Origin: Phoronis australis
Lineage: Eukaryota; Animalia; Phoronida
DNA length: 64,000 bases
Direction: 5' to 3'
Assembly: GCA_002633005.1 (NCBI GenBank)
Contig: NMRA01000426.1
Coordinates: 3,481-67,480, forward strand
A program made the translations under genes and the position numbers. Numbering within the stretch: the stretch's first letter is position 1; the number at the start of each line of letters is the position of its first letter. Of the stretch, positions 39,401-54,400 are shown one piece after another. Under the pieces are notes generated by a model that made no database searches, was not told the origin of the DNA, and was given only the letters and a program-made list of their open reading frames with translations.

Positions 39401-42400
39401 TAAAAACCCAATCACGCTCAGGATCACGACACTACAGCATCGTGTGCGCATTCCCATGAAGTTCGTTACTACAATCCTCTGACCTATATTTTAACTGAAG
39501 TCCGACGTCAGTGTAGCTCCGTCAGGATAAAATCGGTCCTCCGTGCAGTAAGCAACAACTCCCGACTATTCAAAAATTTTATCCGCCCATGCTCGACTTA
39601 CCGCCCACCCCGTTTTTTAGATTCCCAATTTAAGCACCATGGGCGGCAATGCGGACGAGCACGGTAATATCGATTACCAAAACCAGGAAACTTAATTTCC
39701 AAGAGCTCCAACAATTCTCCTATTCATGCATTTTCCAAGATCAACAAAACATTCATAGGCCAGGATGGCAGATAAAATCTTATCCTTATCTTCAATATGG
39801 AAAATACCATTGCCAACCTCCTACCACATGACATGGGCGGCGCAGTACTTAAAAAAGTGGTGCATCGCCTATAGACCATGTGTGGCCTAGCACTGAAAAA
39901 TGTGGGGCTATAGCCCTCCCAGCCCCCTATGGTGCGCTGCCCATGCACGAGGCCAATAACTGTTATTCCTCCTTACAGTGGAAGATAACAGTGCTAACCC
40001 TTTCACACTGGAGGCTGATCAATATGTTATCCCTTCTCCAAACTAACCCTTTCATTGTAGAACAAAGCAATATGACGACTATGTTGTGAACAATCTAGCA
40101 AAATATAGATTGGTATGCAATCCTTTACAACAGTGAAACTGAGGGGCAAACTATCCAGTCATATTTTGATATATGTCCAGTTTTTGGAATGTATGGAACT
40201 AGGCAAAAAAATAAATTTAGATTTAAAAATGATACCCAAGCATTACTAAGATAATTACCAACGTTTGTGAAGCTCTTTCATGTATGCTTCATCAAATAAG
40301 TTTTTAATGTCATCAACATTCATTTGTTACATGTCATTTTCAATCAATAAAAATATATTTTCTGAATCTTTCACCACAGGAAAACCAATCATACCTCAAT
40401 GCCAATAAGTCATGAGTTAAAACCACACAAATTACCCTTTCAAACTTGCTCTTAATAAATTAAGATCATTTCTTGTAATCTGTTTTACCCGAGGTATGCC
40501 ACGAGCTAGGCTGCAGAGTAAAACAAGATGAGGATTGTGAATAATGTTGTTTATTATGACCTAAGTAGAAGAAATGAAGGACGACTCTGCAACATGGGCA
40601 TGGAAAAAACACCAATGGCGTATACATAGAAGTGTCCTTAATAATACAAGGAAAAACAAAAGTATTAAGAAACACCTGAAGGTTCTGACAGAAAATGTAC
40701 AAAGAGAAAATAAAGACTAACAAAAAAGCCTTAAGACCTGACAGATAATATTAATAAGAATAAAAACTGATGATGGGATGGAGGGTGGGAAAATACTGAG
40801 AAAAAAGAGTAGAGTTCAGGCAGGCAATGCGGTAGGTGGCTGAATAAAGTAGACCATGCTATTCTGGAGTAAGGAAAGATGAGTGACCAATCAAGTGTCG
40901 AGTAGAGATGTGTATGAATACAAATGTAAAACCCGGAGGATATATAAAAATGAGTAATGTAAAATAAACCCTAAGGCTTGAATACAAAAATAAAAGTGAC
41001 AAATGTCAAAATGATGACGATAAATGCTTTTACAAGTTCAAATGAATGTAAAAAGTGATTGTTGCCCAGTTGCTAATAGAACCAATTGATCGAAAATGGC
41101 TGAGATACGTTTGTGTAGCTTTTGAAAAGGAAATTGACCACGGCGGCTAAATCCTACAACAACTAGTTTCTATTACTCATTCATAACAGTTGATGTAAAT
41201 AAGTCAAATACAAACCTGTTGCAGGTGTTGTCACCCTAGCCACATTACTAGGATTACTCCAATAGAGGGCAGCAGGTGAGTTTGGCTGAGCTGTCACACA
41301 GAATGTATACTGGGTGTTTGGGACAAGGCCAGAAATGGTCACTGATTTCTTTCTTTGATCATAAATCGAAGTTTGATAGAACTAAAACAAAAGATCAAAC
41401 TAAATTGGAAAAACAAATAACAGGATCATGATAGACTCAAAGTCAAAATTTAAAGTAGAATTTGAAACATACAGGAAAGGGGAGCTGTTCATTATCTACC
41501 AAATAGATACCATTATCCAAGATGGAGGTACTGTTCGTTGTCTGTCAAGTAGTTATCAGCATCCAGGATGGAGGTACTCAACAGTTCACTGTCTACCAAA
41601 TAGTGACCACCATACAGGATGGAGGTACTGTTCATTGTCTATCAAGTTGTTACCAACATCCAGGGTGGAGGTACTGTTCATTGTCTTATCAAGTTGTTAC
41701 CACCATACAGGATGGAGGTACTGTTCATTGTCTATCAAGTAGTTACCACCATACAGGATGGAGGTACTGTTCATTGTCTATCAAGTAGTTACCACCATAC
41801 AGGATGGACGTACTGTTCATTGTCTTATCAAGTTGTTACCACCATACAGGATGGAGGTACTGTTCATTGTCTATCAAGTAGTTACCACCATACAGGATGG
41901 AGGTACTGTTCATTGTCTATCAAGTAGTTACCACCATACAGGATGGAGGTACTGTTCATTGTCTATCAAGTAGTTACCACCACCTTGCAAGTTGCCAACA
42001 GAAGTAAGAAGGGTAGTTAAACACAAACAACATCAACAGTACAGTGATGGCTATAAATAGGAGGTCAGTGTTACCAAGGAAAAAGTTCACCACCTTACGT
42101 TCTTCTGTAAACTTGCTGTCAGAATAAATATTGATTAAGTAACTAGTAAGAAGAGATCCATTTTAAGTAGCCCAAAATTTGTGCATATGTACTTTTAAAT
42201 CATGGGGTCAAACTTGTTGACATGTACTTTAACGTCAAAATCAATTTTTAAATGGTGTTTACAACTTTTGGTTCTGGGATCAAAGTACTCTAGAGATTCT
42301 AGAAAATTCTGGGAATAAACTGTAACAGCCAATGATATGATTGGATATGATCATGTGGTTTTTATTAACCAATCACTAAATTATAAGTAGAACATTATAA

Positions 42401-45400
42401 TATGAGCTTATAAGTCAACAAGATATTCAGATGGGCTATAGTAGCTGAAGCATGACCACTTGCTACAGTGTACAGAGGAAATTGTACGACAGAGCCATCT
42501 CGTGGAAGATTCTAGAAAGGATCTTGGCAAGGGCAAAGGTTAACGAACAGGAAGTTAACTAAGAGCTTGTCACTTGCATGGTGGGTAGTAAGATACTCCC
42601 TGAAGTGTTGCGTCACCAGCTGAAATTGCCTGCAAGTGTTGCATCACCAGAGACGGTGACCAGCAAATACACTGTCGCTATACAGTGTGTGTAGTTCGAA
42701 GATTCACCAACAGGACAGACATCCAACAAGTGGAGTCCTAGCTTGGATAGCAGATAAGACATATGATTATTTTGGTTGATTGATTAAAGTAATCTTTAAA
42801 GAGGGCGCTAGCGTAGTTACTCTTCTTTGTAGTTGATTACTTAAATAACAACAGGTTTCACTTGTCTAATTAGGGGTTATCATTTAATAATTTAATTACT
42901 GGATTTAATTATTCATTCTCCATCTACGCACAATCTCAAAGCATAGCTACCTTTCAAACAAACCACCTGTCAATCGTCTAACACTTGCTCTGCACAATGT
43001 TCTCTGCAAGAACGTCAGAACAGTGCATTCATTCAGGCACTCACCATGGATACATTTTACTCACTGATGGTAACTACAACTTGTGTTCCAAGTGGACATG
43101 CATTGTACTCACCATGGTAACTGCTTCCGTCTTCCACCTAGAAGCATTGTATTGCACTTTGAACTTCAATAAGGGCTCGTAGTAAAATTGGAAGTTCCAG
43201 GATAACTCAACAGTGTCACTGGACAAAGCCCTAGCTGTCACAGCCTCCATTTTATTTGCTAGCACTGCAAAAGAAAACAAAAACTTTTTGTACAATTCTA
43301 AGTGTTTCCAATGTGAGGACAGGTTGATGTAGGCCTCAACTGGAGGTTTGTGGTAGGTTAGGGTAATGACTATAATCAGATAGAGCTCTAGTGACACAAA
43401 GTATTCATTCCATCAGTATGGAATCCCATGCTAGAGTCGCGTGAAAACAAGTAGTAAGTGAACTATTTCTTAATTAGAGATGACTGCATGAAGCACTATG
43501 ACAGACTTGATACAGTAGGTGGGTAACGTCACATTATGGGACTTCAGGGATACAGTAGTTAGGCAATGCCACATTACATTTCATGGCAATATCGCACCCA
43601 TTAGCATTTCTCTCAAAATAGACTCCCAACAGATGGGTTTATTGAGAGAGTTACAGTGTCATTGTTCTGCATATTAGGCAAAAAATGTCTCATTGTCTAT
43701 TTTTACAAAGGTTAGTCTAAAACTTTTGAAGAAAGTGTCAATTTAATGCGAATGCCAGAAAAAGCCCCTTTTTATGGTGTCAAGCCTTAAGAAAAAGTAG
43801 GTAAAAATCCTAATAAGCTCCATGATCCTCTCAAACTTTGAAGTACCTCTAAATGGACCTACTTATGCTGTGCTTGTCCACACCCACTCTATAGATGAAC
43901 TCAGTCACATGACTCATTAGTGGCATCTCTATGACAACCTGCAGGAAGTTGGGTACATGAACGGGGTAACCATGGAGCTGACAGCTGAAGTAGAACCAGT
44001 CAGCTGATGTCCAGTTGGTGTAGTCAGGACACTCAAAGTATTCGGCACGACTGAAACCAATATAGCAATTATCACTGAACACTGAATATTAGAAAACCTC
44101 CCATACTGAACCCACAGTCAAATATTCTCCCAGTGGCTAAAAGAGCTGCTTTGTGTTGCACAATTTCAGTCTGTATCATGGTCTTGTGCCTAATTCAGTT
44201 ACACTTAAAGCACACATCTGGGGTGTCAAGTTTCTGCACAAAGCAGTTTACAAGCAGAATGTATTCTGTGACTCACCGAATCAATTTTTGTTACGTTTGT
44301 AAAAGTGCCAATTTACAATTTAACAGTGTACAGCCACAACAGACCTCTCTCGCTTACTTATAGGCATTGGGTTCAAATCTGAAGTGATGAGGTTAGCCAA
44401 GACTGAACATTCCCCACCATAGTAAGCAAAACATGGGTCCACTCATCTCAGGAGAAAACTTGGCTCTTATCACATATACAGACTTCAAGCAATTAACCGG
44501 ATGTTAAGCTATAATACATAAACATGTCATTTGCATAGTAGTCCACTAAACCTGACTCCAAAATCAATCAACGGAACTCATTTCTATCCACAATGTAAAA
44601 TCTTGTCATCACAGGGTGACCCTAAAAATGTTGCTCGGCACACTTTTCTTTCATAAATGTATTTCTAAAAATTCACAACAAAGACGAGCAAAATCTATGA
44701 GTGGACAGGATTTTGAACATAATGTTGGATTGTCATCATTTTATTGCTTAAAATTTGCAATTAGGTTCAAGCACACTTGAGCTACATGACCATTGCCTTT
44801 AGGGGTGCAGTAACCTCCTATATTGTAATACAGGTAAAGACCTTTGTACTCTTCAAAAGACACAGCTGGGCAGGCGAGGTACGTAATATTGGCCATTGAT
44901 GGGTCAATGTTGAGATTCTCAGCTAGTTTATAACGAAGAGCTTGAGAACAAAGTGTGTTACAAGGGATTAGTAATAAATTCAGAAAAATAAACCTAACCA
45001 CTTATACCTTCATGAATACAACAAGATATAGAATGTAATGCAAAACAAGTATTTAAATACAAGACAAAGACAATAAATACACTGCAGGAAAACTTACAAA
45101 TAAATGATTAGATGAGAATAAATAATGAACACTATTTCCAACAAGAGCAACGCGGAGCGTTGAAATGCACCCACGAATGCATTGCAAATGGCTTGTTTTA
45201 GGGTTATTTATTTGTATCATAAAAATGGCCACTAGATGGCACAAAAAATACAATCCATCCAAAAACAGGAACATGCTATATTTCATAAAAATCTGTTAGA
45301 GAAACAAAGGAAAACAGAATAAAATGAAATTGCCACTAGTGGGCACAGTGTCCGTTGGATCTGCCTGAAAGTCGTCGTCTGTTGTTATCTTCATAAAAAT

Positions 45401-48400
45401 ACACTAATTAAATTTAATAAAGGTCCTGCCGTAGATTTAGGAGATACAACTATGGGCGCAAAACAAAACTACCACTTGCAGGCGCCACGGTAGTCAGTCA
45501 AAGGTCGTCTTCACACTGAGAACATATATGCCAATTTTCAAATGATTTGGTTGATACAGGGATGGACGCCAAAAACAAGATTTTAAAACAGCAATAAAAT
45601 TGCCACTAGGAGGCACACCGGTAGTCGGATCCGTCCAAAAGTCTTCATCTTCCGTTGTTAACATCATATAAATATACTAACACAATTTCGTAAAGATCCC
45701 GCCAACGGTTTAATAGATACAGCCATAAGCGCAAAAAACAAAACAAAACTGCCACTAGAAGGCGCCACAGTAGTCGAAATCGTCAGAAAATCATCGTCAA
45801 CCGTCTTCTACATAGTAAGCACATACATGCCAATTTTCACAATCATCCTTTGAGCGGTTTGGTTGATAGAGGTGTGGATGCACAAAAACAGACTCGAAAA
45901 CACTAAAAATGGCCACTAGGTGGCGCAAACTATGTCGAATCCATCTGAAAACGGGTAAATAGCTTCATCTCACTAATAGGTGCCTACATACCAAATTTCA
46001 TGAAAATCCGTTCAAGACTTTTGAAGATACAAAGGTAAGTGTAAAAAACTAAAATTGCCACTAGGGGGCACACCGGTAGTCGAATCCGTCCGAAAGTTCG
46101 CACATGCCGTTCCATTCATGAATGGAACATATGTGCCAAATTTCATGAACGTATGTCAAAGGGTTTTGGAGATAAAGCAGCGGACGGCAGACGGACGCCG
46201 CCCGGACGGACGGACGGAGATGACGGCATAATGCGTCCACTATTGGTTCGTTTGTGTTACTGCCACGAGTTTGGTCAGCTCCTGGCTCCCATAGGCTAAT
46301 GATTTTTACGTGTCATGGGGCTCCTTTGTTCTCAGTAAAGTTATATTTCCTGCTATCAGTACTTCGCTTTAGCAGCACTTGGGTTCGAGTCTAATCTCTT
46401 CATTTTTTCCCACCCTCTACCACCCTATCCTTTGGGTAGTTCCTCTTACCTGAGTGCTGGCGCTTTTTATTGCCCATCTTTCCAGAGATTATTATTTTAT
46501 CTTTATGTTATTTGTACACTCATATTTCTGTACCTTATCAGTCATAATAAATGACCTTATATCGCCTATACATGGTCTCCTTTGTATCTCTGGAAACGGA
46601 GCTTGCGACGCACCTATTATTTTCGGGACATATTCAGAGCATAAATGACACATCCCAATAGGTTGGTTGTACTTACAATGCAATTATTTTAACTGAAATA
46701 CAATTTTAATATAAAAGATAAGCACTATATCTAATCACACAGTGTTTATTTTAAAAACATACATACGAATACATAATTATAATAGGGAAAAGGAAACAAC
46801 TTTGTCTGAGAAAATAAAAATGACTGTACAGTAGTCTAGTTTATAAAAAATAATATTGGGAATCTAGTGAAGATCTGTTAACAAATACACATCATAAGTG
46901 CTGCATATGAACATATATAAATACCACAAATTCTATCTTACATTATCTACACCTAACAAAATATAATCTACAAAATACTTATTATCGGAGGAAGAAACAG
47001 ACCAGTAACATTGTGATAATAGGAAAACATTATGCATACCTTTAATCACAATTGGTTTTGGCCAAATTATGAGTATGAATTTCAAAATCGGCGCATATGT
47101 AAACAACGGCATATTTATCGACATTTTGATTTATTGTCTCCCAAGAAAAAATTCACAACATTCCAATCAGGTGATATAGGTGTTGAACATACTGTACAGG
47201 TACCGAAGAGACAATAAACCGAAACATCAAACAATATATTGTTCACATGTGCGCTGATTTTAAAGTTCCTACCATACCTTTAAGCCTGGTATTTAGGTCA
47301 TGGCAGAAATATAATTTCTCACCTCTATATTACTTGGTTTCATATTCCAATAAAAGATAATACATAGGTTTTTTCTGATACGCAACCTATCTTAACTGTT
47401 CTTTTGCTTTTGCCAACCAGCCATAACCAAAATACGAATTACAGTCAGCTAACAACTGCTAAGTTTAAAAAATTAAAATATTCTTTTGTTCAGGCTAAAA
47501 TGCAAAGATCACGACATTACAAATATACAGTAAATCTGGCTCAAGCATCCCCTACATAATTTATTTATTTATTTTAATAGTTAAAATGAGTGTAGCCTCT
47601 TCAGTAACAGCACTGCAGCTTTTCAAGGGGGCAAACATCAATAGCAACAAAGTAGTATAACAATAATTAGACACAGGTAACAAAGCAGCAATTATTATAA
47701 CAGGTAGAGGATGAAACTTTGACCAAGTGAGATGAAATAGAGATACTAATTAGTGAGAACATGTGCAATAATGAAAAATGACATAATTAAGAAAGGCAAG
47801 GTTTAAGGATGGGTAAGTAAATTACAGCCACTAATTAATATTAAGTCTGACAGTATTAATCGGGCTAAGAGAGTTCCATATTGTAGCAGCAGCATAAATA
47901 AAAGATCTCCTTTTGGAGATGTCACGTCAACGACACTGTGTGATATACTGACAGACTGCCAAAAGTTTGGACTTAAAACTGGAAATTTCAAAAAAATGAA
48001 TGAAAAAAATCACATAGCTTTCAAAACTGAAGCAAAGTTTAAATAACGATGTTCATATTGCACTTCTCTATAGCACAGCTCAAAACTAGCACCAAGCAAA
48101 CAGCAAGGCACTGCCACAACCCACAATGGTATATATTGTACCTACATTTCGAGAACCAGTTTTCTTCATTGAACAAATGACATCAAACTGGTTCTCAGAA
48201 TTTTTCATGTATGCTGCAGTTAACCCAATGTATCAAGAACTGTGAAATGACGTTTGTAGCTGGCATTATGTTCTCGCATTGTATCACTCCTAAGTCTTCC
48301 TTAGCTACTTCTTGCATAAAAACATTCATGTATTTTATAACCCTTGTTTGTTCTTCATCTTGTGTTAAGTAGTTCACTGTGTCACCATCACCCAATGGAC

Positions 48401-51400
48401 ACTCTGCTTTGTTTTCCTTTGACAATTCCACTGACTGAAAAATGGCATACGAAGTTAGAATTCATAACACGTACCCGACTCCATTCACTTTTCCTCAAAG
48501 GCAAGTACGAAACACGAAGTCTACAGATTAGGAAAAATATTAGTTACAACAAATAAGACTGTAATTTTACATTTTTTAACGTTAAAGGTTTCATCACTTT
48601 TGAATACAATTATTGAAGCCTATGAAAATCTATTCGGCGTCAATCACACAAACACCCCACCCCCACCAAATTTTCCGCTGCTGAATGTGTGTGTTTACAA
48701 GTGCAACTTAAACCTATAATGAATGAACACTGGACCCCTAGGTCAACAGTTCAGCTGAATTAATAGAACTCTCAAAAACATCAGTCATTAGGGGTAGGTT
48801 AGGCAATTACATCAGTCATTAGGGGTAGGTTAGGCAATTACATCGCTCTGAATGCCGAGGAAATTGTGTGAAATCACGCCTGTTGACGAACAAAAAGTCC
48901 AAGGAACACGAATCTTACAAATTCCATCTGATATCTCCCATGCTGTTTTTGCAAGTGTCACGCGCCAGGTTACGCGCTTCACTCAGTTTCGCGCTTATCC
49001 TTGCCTAACTCACGTCAGTTGAAATAGTTTGTGGTTATCGCGCGCAATGAAAACGTTAACGGTGACTAAAAGGTGGAGTTGGAATTCTTCGCCAAAGTCA
49101 TCTTACTTCCTATAAACATGCTTCATGGAAGATATGTACGGAACCAGAAAGGATCGCTGAAAGTAAGCATGTTTTAAGAGAAAATTTTAAGCACAAAATG
49201 CATTTTTGACGATATGAAACCTCTTCATCATTTAAGCGGATTTCGCCTACCCCCTCGTGTAAAATACTCGGGACGAAATCATTAGGCCTATAGAAAGTTA
49301 CGGTGAGTAATGTAGCTCCTACCCAGTACCCTGTCAGCTGAGGGTCTACGTGTTGCCTAGGGGCAAGCCAACTTACATGGGAACGGGCTTTTGAGAAACA
49401 ATTGATACGGTTAAGGCCTGTAATAATTTCACATGCAATTCAATTCATTTTCGACCCATAACAAAAACAGTAGACCTAACGCTCAAGACGTAATACGTTC
49501 AAATGCACACCATTCTCTGATTTTATCCTGTCACTGTCTTCTTTGCCTTTAGTACTTACCTCTAGCCGCTTGAGCCTTGTAGTAGATAGTGTTGAAGTTC
49601 ACTTGAGTCCACCTCTCTTTCGAGTTTTATGTACAGGCTAGTCAGGAAACTTAACAAGTGCTTACATGCTCATCCGATCAGTGCCTCGCTGCCCTGTAGC
49701 CACACTTATCCAAGCTTGGCACTTCTCGTCTACTTTGAAAAAATCCGCCATCACATACTACCTGCTCAGACATCACGATAACTGAACCACGTAGGATTGT
49801 TTACTTCGGGAAATGACGGATGTATACCAACGATTAAAAACAAGTTCTCAGTTGCTATTCATTTTAAAACAATATATTTCTCATTATTGTGTAATATGGG
49901 ACTTGCGTTTTATTGCAAAAAATTGATTGTGGTACATTTTGGCCTTTTGGTTGGAAATTATAAGTTGCCTTGAGGAGATGAATCACAAGTTCATACCCTT
50001 TGTAAATTCTTATGCTCTGCTCGTACACAAGGTGATAAATTCTTACATAAATAAAAACTTCACTTTCCTGCCTAGAAAGAAAATTCAAAGTTCTACAATG
50101 CTTAGTTTCTCGAGAGAAATTCGGTTAAGCAGGTACATTTTTTAAATAAACTTTATTTTTTTTCTAAGTCGACAGGCCCGTAGTTTTATGGCATAATGAA
50201 GTTTCATTAAAGGATTTCGTACATGGCCATGCAGCCCAAGCAGCTGGACTGAATTCAATGGGCTATTGCGTTCGCATTAGCTAACTCCAACCGTCAAACG
50301 AAGGTCGTCCGAAGGTCAATTTTTAGCTGGGAAGGGTCCGTCATGATAACATGAAACTAACCAAGCCACAGCAAGATGCATTATCTTGAGCAAGAACATG
50401 TTTTACTTACTGGTGAAATGTATATTTAACTTCAATGACCTTTGTGGGTTTTTTCACAAAGTTAGATGGGTAAGACCATGTACAGTTCAGTCGACTTGTC
50501 TGGTAGTCGATGCATGTCATGTTGGCACGATACGGTGCTTCTGTAAAATGACACAGTATGGCAGAGTAAGCTTCACCTTGACAACAACCACAACACATCA
50601 CCCATAGGCATAACTAACTTAGAATCAAACCACTCTCTGTCTCACACAATATGGAATGTGGTGAGAGATAGGGCACCATGTAATCAACAGATGTAATAAC
50701 AGACAACAGGAAACGGGACGGTCCCGGATTACACAGGGACACTTGAATTTTGAGCAATTTACCCACAATGCTGCAAACATCCGTCAAGCAGTTTTCTGGC
50801 GTTTTTTCTGAATTGGGAGTTTCTCTGCTTGTTTGTTGGTGCCTTGCTTTTTTCAAATTTTTAACTACAAAAATGGCATTCAACCTTCCATTGAATGCAT
50901 AGTTTTACTGCTGTGCAGTGGGCTGCACCTCTGATGACAGAAAGTTGGACAAACTTGAGAAGTATCCGTGGATGCAAAATTTTCCAACACAATTCCTAGA
51001 ATCAGCCATTTATGAAACAAGGCCAGCATAACCATGCACTCTCCTAACTTAAGACAAACGAGATTTCTACAGGAGACCCATCCTACTAGTCAACCACAAA
51101 GGCCTTAACTCAATAAAATAAACTGTATTAAGATTCACCGTCGATTCCAATACTCACTGAATACCAAACATGTTACAATGCCAATATCCACTCTGTGGTA
51201 ATGTCCGATTCACCTGTGATATTCACTTAAAAAATAACAAACATTCAACAAAAGTGAATCCTCACCAACGACAGCCAAAATCTGATTGCCAACAAGGTTA
51301 TGAAAGAGGTCTGAATGACGAGTTTCATTAACCTTGCACCTGATAAGCTTCCCATCATCCATCAAAGTAAGACCCGGTATTCTTGCCTCAACTGTATCCT

Positions 51401-54400
51401 CTGACAACACGGTTATGAACTCCTGAGGAATACAAATACAACTTGATGACAAACAAACTTTCCTGCTCATGTGAGGCAGTTGTTACACTGAGTAACATCT
51501 GATAATGTGTATGAGAAAGCAGACTGAAGTTGTACGAAAATAATACGTAAAATAAGATGGTTAGTAGCTAGACACTTTAACAATTAAAACCATAATCTAG
51601 TTTCAATTCATTGCTTGTGACTGCAGGCAGACATAAGAAGGCACTGTTAAAAGGTATCAAGTTTGGTCAAAGTCAATAATTTTCTCCAAGATTGAATTTG
51701 CTTGCAAACCATTGCTCAGTGAGGTTCAAGAACCTATTGTTCAGTGAGATTCAAAAAGCTAACCATTGCTCAATCAGCTTCAAAACATTAAAGGAGAATG
51801 CCACTCGATTTAATTAGTCTTTTTTGCCGTCTTAATCGGTCTATATCCACATCGCCTCACATACGGTCGCCCTTACCTTGCCAAGAGGTGTCGCGTTAAC
51901 CTGTGAGGAAGGTAAGAAACGACGCTGGCGACGTCAGTGGTTCATATGCAGAATGAATGCCGCTATGTTGCGGTGCATCCTTCCCGCTTGTTCGAACTAA
52001 GCAGCTGCGAGGAAAGCGGGTATATCGTTTTTTTATACTTCCTCAAGAGTCCGAAACGCTTAGGAAGTGGCTCATGGTAGTGAAGAATGAAATATACGCT
52101 GTAAAAAGCAAGTATGAGGCCGTGAAACATCTCCGTGTCTGTGGCCTGCAGACGCCAACAGTGCCTGACGCGGAATCAGATGCCGGCTTACCAAATAACC
52201 ATACGTTCCGTTGTCTGAGCTTGTTCACAGCACCTCTCTAGTATTTTTTCATCACTGTATTCCTGTTCAAATCGATAGCCTGTAAAACTTAACGATCCAA
52301 CTGCGAAGTCAGGACTGATGAGCTCTAGCTCGTCCTAAGTCGGGATTACAAGTTGCCATGTTGGCGTTTGTTACTAAGCGTTCTGTTTCAAAATGAATTA
52401 TTCTCACCCTAACCAACTGAAACTAAAAGTCTGTCTCATTAGAGGCAATTTGTAATGCCTTTGGAGTGTTCGTGAGTGCAAATGATTTGAGAAGCCAGCA
52501 ATGAATGAATCACTGCGTTACCAGCTTTAGGTGCTATAAAACTAATTGACGGGACACCGAGGCCGTGTGAGTTCATGCTAATTTAGTGTTTGCTAGCAGA
52601 AACTGTTGTGAAGCAACTTGATTTCCATCCCACGGTCAGGTATTAGGGGAATCTTTATTTACATTTACATTACTCAAATATTGATTGTCAATGTACAACT
52701 TCTGCCAAAGCGGAACCCGAGTGAATTGGCGGCACCCGATGAGTAAGCAGATTTGCAGTTTCGTGGCCAATTCAGCAACATAATCACGTGCACATTACTT
52801 TGGCTCACTAATATAGTATTTTCTTGACTGGAAGTTTAGTTTCCACTGAACTTTGGCTGGTTTATGTTTGTGATGTCTGATCAGTTTCCGAGCCACTGTC
52901 GGGGATAACGAGTCACTATTGAATCCACCGCCGGCTGCGACGGGCCTGATCGGGCTCCGAGCCACTGGCCAGGCTAACAAGCGTTTTGTGTTTAGAACTC
53001 AAAAAATCACAAGTCTAAACAACACAGATCTAGGTTCTCCTGTCTGTATCTCACGGAAAATACATTGAAATTATCTCCGAACAGACCCCAAACTCCTGCT
53101 ACGGACCTTATTGGCCTACCGAACTTTGTAGGCTACAGTGTGTCCTAATACCAATAAATCCGTAAGACCAAAATAAAACAACACGTTTTTATAAGAACTC
53201 GGTGTATTTTTAAGGGTTTTACATTGAAGTTTGATGATTTATTGGTGTTAAACGATGACTTCAAGCTATAAGCCGACACACTAACCCGTGTTGTGAACTG
53301 CTGAACAGACTGCGCATGAAACCGATGACGTCATGGGATAATTTCAACACCTCCGTCTGCCGTCAGGTGTCAGGTAACGCAACCGTACGTGTCGTTATGG
53401 AGTAGAACTACTCGATCTAAATTAGGTTGTTTTTTGGGTGGCATGCTCCTTTAAAACATTAGGTGAGTAAGGTAAATCAAACTTGCCAAAATATCATGAA
53501 TGAGTTTGTTGAGTAGTCACTTTTTCAACATCGAACAAGCTTGAAAAAGCTAGCCGATTGGCAATTATTGCTGTGGACGTTTGAATCCACGATTGATAAG
53601 TCAGTTCAGTAAGTGGCACACGATTGATATTTCACTATAGGCAGCCCTTTGTTGTTAAATTACGAGTATTTTTCAGAAAAACCCTGTGCGAAAACTCGCC
53701 GTCTGATGCGTTGCTGCCTCGTGATTGCCAATAGGTCAACTTGAATTCTTGAGTAAAAATATAGTTTCGACTCAACAAATTACCTTAAGTCCTACTTAAG
53801 TTTTCAAAATGGCGTCCCTAGGATTTTTAAGTTCCTGTTGAGTTGGGATTAACTGCATTATTAATGTCCAAATCTGCACTAAATTGCTAGTCAAAGAGTA
53901 AACGCCATGTAACGATCTAGGTGTGCATTCTAAGTAAAGAAATTAACACAATTAAGCACTAAAGCAGAACATGTTTTATTTAGCACTTGTTGATCTCATC
54001 TGCTAAAAAAAGTTTGAGAATTGTCTCGGTAAGGCCGATATTGAGTCGTCGGGTGACTGGATGCGTGACAGTCTAACAGTTACTTTTCGGGAGATTCGAG
54101 AGGTTTAAGGGTGCGGACGTGTTCACTATCGGTGGGTCATTTTGACTTTAAAAACACCAATTACGATTAATTTAATAAATTCCTCCTAAAAATAACGCAA
54201 TTTTTTTTACGGCATTAAAAACTTTTGGAAATAAGTGCCAGTATTTATTTCTTGCTGATGCTATACTACACGTTTCATGAATAGATAGTTCGCAAGGACT
54301 AATTTTTGATAACAGGTACTTGTATGTAGCGCGCACTTCCTGGCCACATACTTTTAACAAAGGTCAAGTTTTTATAGTCTTCGAATCACTGATTTCACGT

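Noticed and set aside
41428-41985. CRISPR-like regular repeats and repetitive ORFs (also 36215-36578, 10667-10920)
   Set aside because: Head-to-tail minisatellites with no unique spacers and no cas genes, in a eukaryotic context.
44741-47400. Minus-strand ORFs 44741-45001 and 46933-47124 as extra receptor exons
   Set aside because: No matching splice pair, and exons 50411 and 44074 already join in phase to complete D2.
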